DNA from: Candidatus Micrarchaeota archaeon
Lineage (GTDB): Archaea > Micrarchaeota > Micrarchaeia > Anstonellales > Bilamarchaeaceae
Direction of reading: 5' to 3'
NCBI GenBank assembly: GCA_043812915.1
Contig: JBDRLQ010000026.1
Location: forward strand, 1 to 30,169
Length of the DNA: 30,169 nt
The notes below the pieces were generated by a model, which was given only the letters and a program-made list of their open reading frames with translations, was not told the origin of the DNA and ran no database searches. This document shows positions 8,790 to 16,336 of the stretch, one piece after another. Every line of letters starts with the position of its first letter. Within the stretch, counting starts at the first letter, position 1. The position numbers were made by a program, and so were the translations under genes.

Positions 8790-10160
8790 TTGTCTGCGAT
8801 TGATGATGTTTTGAAATACATCGCCACAAATGAAATTAGATGGATAGATCTCCAGTTTGTTGACGTAAAGGGTTCTCTTCATAGAACGAGCATTTCAAAC
8901 AGGAAGATTGAGGAAGGTAGTTTTGGGACTGGTGTGCACGGAGCCGATTTGACGAAAGTCTTTGGTGAGAGCGAGCAGGGAGAACTTGCGCTTCTGCCTG
9001 ATCCGGACACTATGGCGAGGCTTCCATGGGAGCCTTCCACAGTGCGCCTGCTCTGCAACATCAGCATCTCGAGCACCAGGGAAAGGTTCCTGAAGGATTC
9101 CAGGTATGTTGCTGAGAGGATGGAAACCAACCTCAGCGCCGCCGGCGTGAAGAACGCGAGAATCGGCAGCGAGGTGGAATGTTTCATATTCGACACGGTA
9201 ACGCAGGACCGGACCGCGCCCGGAAGAGGGAGCGGAACGCTCCTTGACTCCCGTGAAGCGACCTGGGCGCCATCCGCGCTTTCAAACGTCGGCAAGGGCG
9301 CGTTCGTCGCTCAGCCGTATGATTCGATGTACGCTGCAAGGACCCAGATCGGGGAAACGCTTGAGGACAGCTTCGGGGTTCTGGTGAATTCCCACTGCCA
9401 TGGCGAGTCGCCAACCGCCCAGCAGACCTTCGACATCGGTGAGAAGAGCCTGACTGCGGCAGGAGACGCATTCCACACGCTCAAATTCGTAGTGAGGAAC
9501 CTGGCGACGGCGGTCAATGCGGCGACAACATTCATGCCATACCCCGTCCAGGGGCAGAAGGGGAATGATTACAATATGTCGGTGAGCTTCTGGAAGGCTG
9601 CTGACAACAACCTCTTCTATGACGGCAAGGATGATTATGCGCAGATTAGCCAGACAGGAAGGTACTTCATCGGCGGTGTCCTTGAGCACGCGGCGGCACT
9701 TTCGCTGTTCACCGCACCGACACCGAACTCCTATCGGAAGCTTGCAGTTGAGGAGAGGCTTGTTGGCTGGAGCGCAACGGCCAGGAACGCGCTTGTCCGT
9801 GTGCCTTACCTGAAGAAGAACGTAAAGGAGACCAAGAGGATTGTTTATACCGGCGGCGACCCGTCCGCGAACCCCTATCTTGCCAACGCGACGCTTGTTG
9901 CGGCGGGCCTTGATGGAATCAAGAACAAGATTGATCCCGGAGAGCCCGTTGAGAGCGAGGGGAAGAAGAAGAGGACGGAGAAAGAGCTTCCGGGCAGCCT
10001 GCTCGAGGCGATTGCGGCTCTTGAGAGCGACACCAAATTCATCAAGGGCGTCGTTCCATCAGAGCTCCTTGGAGACTTCCTTGACCTCAAGCTCAGGCAG
10101 CACAAGGAGGCTCAGGGCGCAATCACAAACCACGAGCTCGAGAAATACGTAAACGTCTGA
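8790..10160 (+). CDS. Glutamine synthetase type I homologue with a degenerate active site
   Basis: GAGGTGG RBS and TTG start. Beta-grasp region IRWIDLQFVDVKG, LLPDPDT, GSEVECF, TFMP.P, FIGGVLEHA, PTPNSY, DPSANPYL...AGLDGI, LPGSL.EA. Catalytic residues are replaced (see findings). Confidence 0.9.
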   Translation: MSAIDDVLKYIATNEIRWIDLQFVDVKGSLHRTSISNRKIEEGSFGTGVHGADLTKVFGESEQGELALLPDPDTMARLPWEPSTVRLLCNISISSTRERFLKDSRYVAERMETNLSAAGVKNARIGSEVECFIFDTVTQDRTAPGRGSGTLLDSREATWAPSALSNVGKGAFVAQPYDSMYAARTQIGETLEDSFGVLVNSHCHGESPTAQQTFDIGEKSLTAAGDAFHTLKFVVRNLATAVNAATTFMPYPVQGQKGNDYNMSVSFWKAADNNLFYDGKDDYAQISQTGRYFIGGVLEHAAALSLFTAPTPNSYRKLAVEERLVGWSATARNALVRVPYLKKNVKETKRIVYTGGDPSANPYLANATLVAAGLDGIKNKIDPGEPVESEGKKKRTEKELPGSLLEAIAALESDTKFIKGVVPSELLGDFLDLKLRQHKEAQGAITNHELEKYVNV

Positions 10161-10200
10161 TTTTTTCTTTTTCTCTTTTATTTTCCTTTTTCTTATTTTT
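10161..10200 (+). terminator. Oligo(T) archaeal terminator
   Basis: About 40 nt of nearly pure T/C directly after the GS-like stop codon. Confidence 0.65.
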
Positions 10201-10258
10201 CCTTCAACTGGGAAAAGGATTGATATTAAAACATAATCCAGAGAATACAGTTCTTACC

Positions 10259-10363
10259 GGGCTCGTAGTCGAATGGTTAAGATGCCGCTCTTACATTTGC
10301 ATGTCGTGATGGCCTGCAGAGAGAAAACAGCGGAGATTCGCGGTTCGATCCCGCGCGGGCCCA
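10259..10363 (+). tRNA. tRNA-Val(TAC) with a 32-nt anticodon-loop intron (about 10296-10327)
   Basis: Acceptor stem GGGCTCG/CGGGCCC plus discriminator A; D arm with TGG; anticodon stem CCGCT/AGCGG with CT-TAC-A; T arm CGCGG TTCGATC CCGCG. No encoded CCA. Confidence 0.93.
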
Positions 10364-10677
10364 TATTTCTGATTCTGAAGGGGAATTTCACAGTAGAACC
10401 TCTTGCTGTCAGCAGTTGAAAGCCTTGTATAAGCTCTTTTGAAGATTTTCCCTTTTGTAAGGAGGTGATTTATCCCAACAGGGCTGAAATTGTAAGAATA
10501 GAAGGCTTGAGAATACGTGCAGATCTGACGAAGGAATGGAGCGTTTTTAGCATTCATCATTGTTCCAAACGCCCCTTGGCTGTAATAGCCATCAGTATCA
10601 AAAAAGCCTGCAAGAAAGAATCGGAATAATTCCTGATTAACTACTTTTCGCGGAACGACCAGTTTGTTTTTATCCAA
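10291..10677 (-). CDS. LAGLIDADG homing-endonuclease-like ORF, single motif, probably an N-truncated remnant
   Basis: FLAGFFDTDG motif preceded by LVVPRKV. Locally AT-rich. The 3' end overlaps tRNA-Val on the opposite strand. Confidence 0.65.
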   Translation of the reverse strand: MDKNKLVVPRKVVNQELFRFFLAGFFDTDGYYSQGAFGTMMNAKNAPFLRQICTYSQAFYSYNFSPVGINHLLTKGKIFKRAYTRLSTADSKRFYCEIPLQNQKYGPARDRTANLRCFLSAGHHDMQM

Positions 10678-10707
10678 GCCTAAAAATAGAAAGAAATGAA
10701 GAAAAAA

Positions 10708-11277
10708 CTAGTATCTCCTTCTTCCGCCAGGCGGCCTCTGGAAGGGCGGCTTGGTAAAGAGGTAATACTTTTCCTTGCCCTCCAGTTCCGAGAGAATCCT
10801 TGCAACGAATACGCCGACGGGATCTGAAAGGCTGGAAACGCGCTTATGGAGATCCTCGAACGAATCGAAGGGCTTGGCTTCCCTCTCCTTTAGAATCGCC
10901 TGCATGTTCTTCTTGCCGATTCCTGGCAGCAAATCAAGGGTATGCACCCTGATGGAAACAGGTTTTGCGTTGTTGACGAAGTTGATGAAGTCGGATTCGC
11001 GCGCATGGACAGCTTTCCTGAGCATCTCCGGAAGCGAGTCCTTCGCGCCGTTTGTCAGCTGGCTGTGGGTTATCCTGCCTTTGATATGGTCCACTTCATT
11101 CCTGCCCTCCTTGCCGACGTAGACCTTGTTTCCGACTACTATACTGGCATCAGCCTTCACAGTGGCCTCCAGCAGAGTAAAGAATTTCTCTCCTAACAAC
11201 TGGACTACCGGCTCTTTCTTAATCTGTGACGCATGGCCAAGTGGCAGGTATTCGATTACCCACGCATAGTCTTCCAT
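10708..11277 (-). CDS. DUF655 family putative nucleic-acid-binding protein
   Basis: EDYAWVIEYLPLG, FTLLE, HTLDLLPGIGKK (HhH), PFDSFEDL. Conserved position after rpl21e-rpoF. Confidence 0.92.
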   Translation of the reverse strand: MEDYAWVIEYLPLGHASQIKKEPVVQLLGEKFFTLLEATVKADASIVVGNKVYVGKEGRNEVDHIKGRITHSQLTNGAKDSLPEMLRKAVHARESDFINFVNNAKPVSIRVHTLDLLPGIGKKNMQAILKEREAKPFDSFEDLHKRVSSLSDPVGVFVARILSELEGKEKYYLFTKPPFQRPPGGRRRY

Positions 11278-11289
11278 AATAATCCCCCT

Positions 11290-11610
11290 TTATTTGTTTG
11301 TAAGCTTTATAACATTCTCGAGGTCCCCATCGCTAAGTTCTATTTTTTCCTTCATGAGGAGAGCTTTTAGGGTGGAAACGTGCTTTGGCATGACATCGCC
11401 TACCTTCAAAGCCGCCTCTTCAGTCATCCCATCAATTTTCTTCAGCTCCTCAACCAGCTTCTCATGCTTGGCGGGCGTCAGGGTGACGGTGTTGTCAGCA
11501 TGCTCGAGGGCCTGTGCCTGCTCGTAGCCGAGCTCCCCGCCCTCATTCCTCTTGGTGAGCTCCTCCTTGACCTGAAGCACTGAAACCGGTTTTGTAGATA
11601 CAACTTCCAT
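11290..11610 (-). CDS. rpoF: RNA polymerase subunit F (Rpo4)
   Basis: ELGYEQ..ALEH and A.K..DVMP motifs; synteny with rpl21e and DUF655. Confidence 0.9.
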   Translation of the reverse strand: MEVVSTKPVSVLQVKEELTKRNEGGELGYEQAQALEHADNTVTLTPAKHEKLVEELKKIDGMTEEAALKVGDVMPKHVSTLKALLMKEKIELSDGDLENVIKLTNK

Positions 11611-11622
11611 GAAGATTCACCT

Positions 11623-11898
11623 TTAGGCCAGCTGCAGGTGGATTGGACCTGCAATCAGCTCTTTCATCTTGCCGCCGTCCTTTACCTTGACGACGTAAGC
11701 CTTGCCCCGCTTCTCGATGATTATGCCGTGCCTGCCGGCATACCTGCCATTTGGCATTCCCTCGGGGCGGGCCTTGGGCTTTATGACCACCTTGTCGCCG
11801 ACGTTGAACGTCTTGACCTGTTCTGCAACAGTGGCGCTGGCCTTGCCCTTCATGTCCCTAGTCCTTGCGCTAAGCGTACCTTTAGATCTCTTAACCAT
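11623..11898 (-). CDS. rpl21e: 50S ribosomal protein L21e (eL21)
   Basis: MVKRSKG...TR, FNVGDKV, GMP..RYAGRHG, VKDGGK.K.LI..PIHL. Confidence 0.95.
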   Translation of the reverse strand: MVKRSKGTLSARTRDMKGKASATVAEQVKTFNVGDKVVIKPKARPEGMPNGRYAGRHGIIIEKRGKAYVVKVKDGGKMKELIAGPIHLQLA

Positions 11899-12000
11899 TT
11901 CAACCACACAAAGAAGCACAAATTCTTTCAACTAGATTAGAACAGAAAGTCTTTTTAAATGAATTGGGTTATTTATAAACGTTTCCATTAAGGTGATTTA

Positions 12001-12570
12001 TTGGCAAAAAAGCCCGAATTCGTTATAACCAATATGGTCGCCTCAGCTTCACTGGGGCTTGAGCTGGACCTATACTCACTGGCCCAGAAAATCAAAGAAA
12101 TCGAGTATGAGCCGGAACAATTCCCGGGAGCAATCCTGAAATTCAAGGATCCGAAGGCTTCGCTCCTGCTCTTCAAGAACGGGAAGGTAGTCTGTGTCGG
12201 GTGCAAGAAACGCGCCCTTATTGAAAAAACCATAGACAAGACCATAAAGCTCCTCAAGCCATATGCCAAAAGGATTACCAGGACCAAAAAGCCGAAAATC
12301 GAGATAACAAATATTGTTGCATCAGCAAGCCTTGGCATTGAGGTGGACCTCTACAGGCTCGCGTACAAAGTCAAGGATGTAGAATATGAACCCGAGCAGT
12401 TCCCGGGAGCAATCCTGAAATTCAAGGATCCGAAGGCTTCGCTCCTGCTCTTCAAGAACGGGAAGGTCATCTGCGCCGGAGCCAAGAACGAGAATGAAAT
12501 CAGGATAGTGCTGCGGAAGGCCAAGAAATTGCTCAAGGGATATGCTGAAAAAACGGTTTCGCGGCGGTGA
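12001..12570 (+). CDS. tbp: TATA-box binding protein
   Basis: Two TBP repeats, each N.VASASLG...YEPEQFPG...LLF.NGKV. AGGTGA RBS and TTG start. Confidence 0.97.
   Translation: MAKKPEFVITNMVASASLGLELDLYSLAQKIKEIEYEPEQFPGAILKFKDPKASLLLFKNGKVVCVGCKKRALIEKTIDKTIKLLKPYAKRITRTKKPKIEITNIVASASLGIEVDLYRLAYKVKDVEYEPEQFPGAILKFKDPKASLLLFKNGKVICAGAKNENEIRIVLRKAKKLLKGYAEKTVSRR
12121..12467 (+). repeat. 68-nt perfect direct repeat within tbp (12121-12188 and 12400-12467)
   Basis: ttcccgggagcaatcctgaaattcaaggatccgaaggcttcgctcctgctcttcaagaacgggaaggt occurs twice, 279 nt apart. Confidence 0.95.
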
Positions 12571-13094
12571 AAGTGAAAAAACTCCTTGTGGCATTTGCGC
12601 TATTGCTAGTTCTGCTATATGGCTGCACAAGCTCCCTTGGATTCGTGTTCGAAGAGGACTGCGAGGATATGAGGGACTCGGAGATGATTTCATGCCTCCA
12701 TCAGGCAGCAGTCACAATGGCGCACCTGAGCCAGGCTTCGGATGACAGCGCAGCGATATGCCTGCGCATAATGGATGATATTGGCACTCCCCATGCGGGA
12801 GATGACCTGGGAAGGCGCGCTGAGACTGAAAAGAACCTATGCCTTTATGATGTGGTGAAGAATACCGCCAGGTATGATGAGACCGCAATAGGATGGTGCG
12901 GCAATATCCGCCAGGCCAACTACCAAGATGAGTTCCTTGGCTCGGCAGTTACCCAGGACATGTGCCTTAACCAGTACAGTGAGATGAGGGAACTGGCCGC
13001 GCAGACCGAAGACAATGAAGGCAGCCTGTGCAACATGACCCTTAGCATGATAATGTCGGTGCTGGTTATTTCAATATTCTACAGGAGAAGATAG
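12567..13094 (+). CDS. Cys-rich exported/lipoprotein-like hypothetical protein with a C-terminal membrane anchor
   Basis: Signal MKVKKLLVAFALLLVLLYGC, about 8 Cys, and a C-terminal hydrophobic helix followed by RRR. GTGA overlap with tbp. Confidence 0.75.
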   Translation: MKVKKLLVAFALLLVLLYGCTSSLGFVFEEDCEDMRDSEMISCLHQAAVTMAHLSQASDDSAAICLRIMDDIGTPHAGDDLGRRAETEKNLCLYDVVKNTARYDETAIGWCGNIRQANYQDEFLGSAVTQDMCLNQYSEMRELAAQTEDNEGSLCNMTLSMIMSVLVISIFYRRR

Positions 13095-13114
13095 ATAAAG
13101 AAAAAAGAACTGAA

Positions 13115-13411
13115 CTATTTTTCCTCGCAGAGATCCATCAGCTCGAGCGCTTTCTTCACGCTCATGCCTTCGCGGATTCCGAGGTCTTCAGCCCAGGTGG
13201 TCGTGTGCCTTATCTTCGCTTTCATGAAGTCGTCCATCGTCTTCACGCCCGAAACAAATGCAGCAACATCGCCAACCCTTTCGGCAGTTTCCTTGTCAAT
13301 GTAACTACACGCAATGTAGCCGTTCTTTGCCTTGACTACAATAAGCGGTAGGTTTCCGATGTTGTGTGTGACTGCAGCGTATGCCCGTTCGCCTAACTTA
13401 ACTTCATCCAT
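13115..13411 (-). CDS. YunC/DUF1805 family protein
   Basis: PLIVVKAKNGYIAC, AA.VSGV, A..LGI.EGM. Confidence 0.88.
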   Translation of the reverse strand: MDEVKLGERAYAAVTHNIGNLPLIVVKAKNGYIACSYIDKETAERVGDVAAFVSGVKTMDDFMKAKIRHTTTWAEDLGIREGMSVKKALELMDLCEEK

Positions 13412-13655
13412 TAAGTTCCCTCTCGCGACGGGCTTGAGCGATGCGCTTTTTCTTTTCGAAGATTTTCCTTCGCTTTGCGCAACTTATGCAGTAGTAAACA
13501 CTAGTGTATCCTGTGTAAGTAATGTTGTCATCCCCTTCAAGTTCTGTTGAGTATCTGGTCCTTTGATCATAAGAAACAGCTTTGTCTCGCGGAACAGATC
13601 TACCACAGGATGAACAAGTTTCAAGACGATCCCTTCCTCTTCGCTTTTTCCCCAT
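13404..13655 (-). CDS. rps26e: 30S ribosomal protein S26e (eS26)
   Basis: C..CGR.VPRDKA and YYCISCA zinc-binding signature with basic termini. Confidence 0.88.
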   Translation of the reverse strand: MGKKRRGRDRLETCSSCGRSVPRDKAVSYDQRTRYSTELEGDDNITYTGYTSVYYCISCAKRRKIFEKKKRIAQARRERELNG

Positions 13656-13660
13656 GAACA

Positions 13661-14377
13661 TCAATCTCCGATGTTTTTTAATTCGCCCAAAGAGGGCCCG
13701 TCCAATCGAAATAGTAATGCACGGTTGAGTTTAAATAGCTTGTTGTTAAGTAGCGGCCCAAGCTGCTTTTCTGAGGGAAAATTGATCGCAGAACCGACCA
13801 GTGGGTTGTATGCTGGCATCAGAACAAGTTTTATTTTTGGATTGAATTTTTCGTAATGCTCCCCGATTTTTTCCGGATCCGCATCAGCAATCACCCACAC
13901 AGGCTCGGAGTGAAACTTGCCCAGGCTGTCCTTTACCCGCACCATCGGGTGCTGGTGCCCGCAAACAAGATAATCGCACTGCATCAGCTCTTTTGCTGGC
14001 CAGGAATGCCCGTGCGCAAGGCCAAGATTTTCATAAACGAAGCCTTCCGATGGCTTGATGCCGGCGCCAGTACCCTCAATTCCGCCATCATGGTTGCCGC
14101 GGACGATGATGACTTCAGCTAGCATCCTGAGTTTTGAGATTATCCTGCTTGTTATCGGGTCGACCATCGTGATATTCTCCTTCACATCGCCAAGAAGGAT
14201 AAGTTTCTTCGCTTTCGTTTCCTCAATCAGCTTCTGGAGGCGCTCGAAAATAATCTCGCTGAAATTTCCGGCGTGCACTCCCTTTTTCCGAAGCTTCTCC
14301 TCCATTCCGAAATGGGTGTCTCCAACAATGAGGGCGCCCTTGTGCAGCAGGGCAGGGGCGTTGTAAAGGAACTTCAT
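13661..14377 (-). CDS. Calcineurin-like metallophosphoesterase (COG1407-like)
   Basis: GDTHFG, LGDVK, RGNHD, HGH, GHQHP, MPAYN motifs. Confidence 0.9.
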   Translation of the reverse strand: MKFLYNAPALLHKGALIVGDTHFGMEEKLRKKGVHAGNFSEIIFERLQKLIEETKAKKLILLGDVKENITMVDPITSRIISKLRMLAEVIIVRGNHDGGIEGTGAGIKPSEGFVYENLGLAHGHSWPAKELMQCDYLVCGHQHPMVRVKDSLGKFHSEPVWVIADADPEKIGEHYEKFNPKIKLVLMPAYNPLVGSAINFPSEKQLGPLLNNKLFKLNRALLFRLDGPSLGELKNIGD

Positions 14378-14462
14378 TGCACTAAAGTTGCGCGGCAGCC
14401 TAATTAAATTTTCCGAATCGTTGCCGCGCAGGATTATAAGCGCTTGTTTGCGAAAAAGATGT

Positions 14463-16298
14463 GTGGGATCTATTTATTTCAGGCACGAGAAACCCCGGCC
14501 ATTCCAGAAGCGGCTGATGGACGATATCTACTCCTGCATTGAATCTGGCAAGATGCTCCTGGCACAGGCGGCAACAGGCTCCGGCAAAACAGATGCCTCG
14601 CTTTCCGCGGCGATAACCTACGCGATGGAGAATGACCTGACTGTTTTTTTCCTGACCCCCAAGATTTCACAGCATAAGATTGCGATGGATGTCGTGCGCG
14701 GGATTGCAAATAAGTATGGGCTTGACCTGAGGGCGGTGGACCTGGTAGGAAGGCGGAATGCATGCCTTGAGGATTCGCTGCTGGGGCTTGATGCTGATGC
14801 GTTCTACCAGAGCTGCGAGAAGAAGAGGAAGAAGAAACAGTGCATGTACTACAAGAACGCCAAGGGAAGCGGGCGGTTTGAGGAAATCAGGGCAGACCAC
14901 CTGTTCAGGAAGATGCTGAAGCATTACGGGCCAGGAAAGTACCATGGCGAGCTGATGGCCCTCGCGCTCAAGAGCGAAGCGTGCCCATATGAGTGGATGC
15001 TCAAGCTTGGCGGCGCATCCAATGTGATTATTGCCGATTATTTGCATTTCATGATGCCTGATATCCGGGCAAGCCTGCTCCTGAAGATGAAGAAGGATGT
15101 AAGCAGGAGCATAGTGATTGTAGATGAGGCGCACAACCTGGGCAAGAGGATTCGGGAGAACCTCTCCATGAGCCTGAATTCCTTCATGATGAGCAGGGCG
15201 GAGAAAGAGCTCAGGCATCTGCAATTGCTCGAGAGGCCCTTTTCAGACACGTTCGATTCCTGGTCTCGGGAAAGGCTGAAGGATTCGCAAGAAAGATTGG
15301 TTTCCACGCTCGGCTTCACCAACTTCATTGCCGCAATTGGAGGGGGTGTTGACCAGACGATTGCATATCTGGGGGAAGCCGGGCTTTCCTTCGTTGAGCA
15401 GACAGGAAAGAAAAGCGCCTGCCTGCGGATTGCCAAGTTCATGGCGTATTGGGGGGCGGAGGATGAGGAGTGCGTGCGGATATTGCGCAGAAGAGGGGAA
15501 TTCTTCTCGCTGTCAAAAAGGTATCTTGACCCCTCAAGGGCCACAGGCATCCTGAATGAAACCGTTTCCGCGATTCTTATGAGCGGGACGCTCGCTCCGC
15601 TTGATATGCACCGGGACATCCTGGGGCTGGATAAGGAGCGGACTGTTATGAAGGAATACCCCAGCCCGTTTGACCAGGAGAATATACTGAACATAATCAC
15701 GGAGGGCATCACCACCAAATACTCAAAGAGGGACGAAGGCCATTTCAGGAAGATGGCCGAGAAAATTGATGACATTGTGAGAAACACCCCGGGAGGCACC
15801 GCCGTATTCTTCCCTTCATATTCGGTCATGAAAAAAGTGCTCCCGATGATGCAGTCGGGCAACCTGATAGTGCAGGAGGAAAGCATGAAGCCGCAGGAAG
15901 TGCAGGGGCTCCTGAAGGAATTCTCACAAGAGCAGGGCGTTCTGGTAGGGGTGCAGGGGGGCTCGCTGGCTGAGGGCGTTGACTACCCTGAAGGTGAAAT
16001 CAAGACCGCGATAATAGTCGGGGTGGCGCTTGACGAGATGAACATGGAAACCGAGGCGCTTATTGGTTATTATGAGGAGAAGTTCGGCAAGGGATGGGAG
16101 TATGGATACCTCTATCCCGGCACGGTGAAGGCGCTCCAGGCCGCTGGCAGGGGAAGAAGGAAGGAAACCGACAGGGTGGCGGTTGTTTACATGGATGAGC
16201 GGTTCAAATGGAAAAAGTACAACTGGATCTTCAACCGTGAGGAGAGGACAGTGATTTCCACGGAGCCGGAGCGGCATGTGAAGGATTTCTGGATGTAA
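14463..16298 (+). CDS. xpd: XPD/Rad3/DinG family Fe-S DNA helicase
   Basis: Q motif PRPFQ, ATGSGKT, four Fe-S cysteines (NAC..SC..QC..ACPY), DEAH, SGTL, EGVDY, QAAGR. Start uncertain (GTG 14463 or TTG 14388). Confidence 0.93.
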   Translation: MGSIYFRHEKPRPFQKRLMDDIYSCIESGKMLLAQAATGSGKTDASLSAAITYAMENDLTVFFLTPKISQHKIAMDVVRGIANKYGLDLRAVDLVGRRNACLEDSLLGLDADAFYQSCEKKRKKKQCMYYKNAKGSGRFEEIRADHLFRKMLKHYGPGKYHGELMALALKSEACPYEWMLKLGGASNVIIADYLHFMMPDIRASLLLKMKKDVSRSIVIVDEAHNLGKRIRENLSMSLNSFMMSRAEKELRHLQLLERPFSDTFDSWSRERLKDSQERLVSTLGFTNFIAAIGGGVDQTIAYLGEAGLSFVEQTGKKSACLRIAKFMAYWGAEDEECVRILRRRGEFFSLSKRYLDPSRATGILNETVSAILMSGTLAPLDMHRDILGLDKERTVMKEYPSPFDQENILNIITEGITTKYSKRDEGHFRKMAEKIDDIVRNTPGGTAVFFPSYSVMKKVLPMMQSGNLIVQEESMKPQEVQGLLKEFSQEQGVLVGVQGGSLAEGVDYPEGEIKTAIIVGVALDEMNMETEALIGYYEEKFGKGWEYGYLYPGTVKALQAAGRGRRKETDRVAVVYMDERFKWKKYNWIFNREERTVISTEPERHVKDFWM

Positions 16299-16336
16299 CA
16301 GAAAGTGCTAAATACCTCATGCACGAATAGTAGTTC

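Noticed and set aside
8790..10160. Functional glnA regulated by adenylylation through the 3369 NTase
   Set aside because: The catalytic residues and the target Tyr loop are missing, so the gene symbol was withheld.
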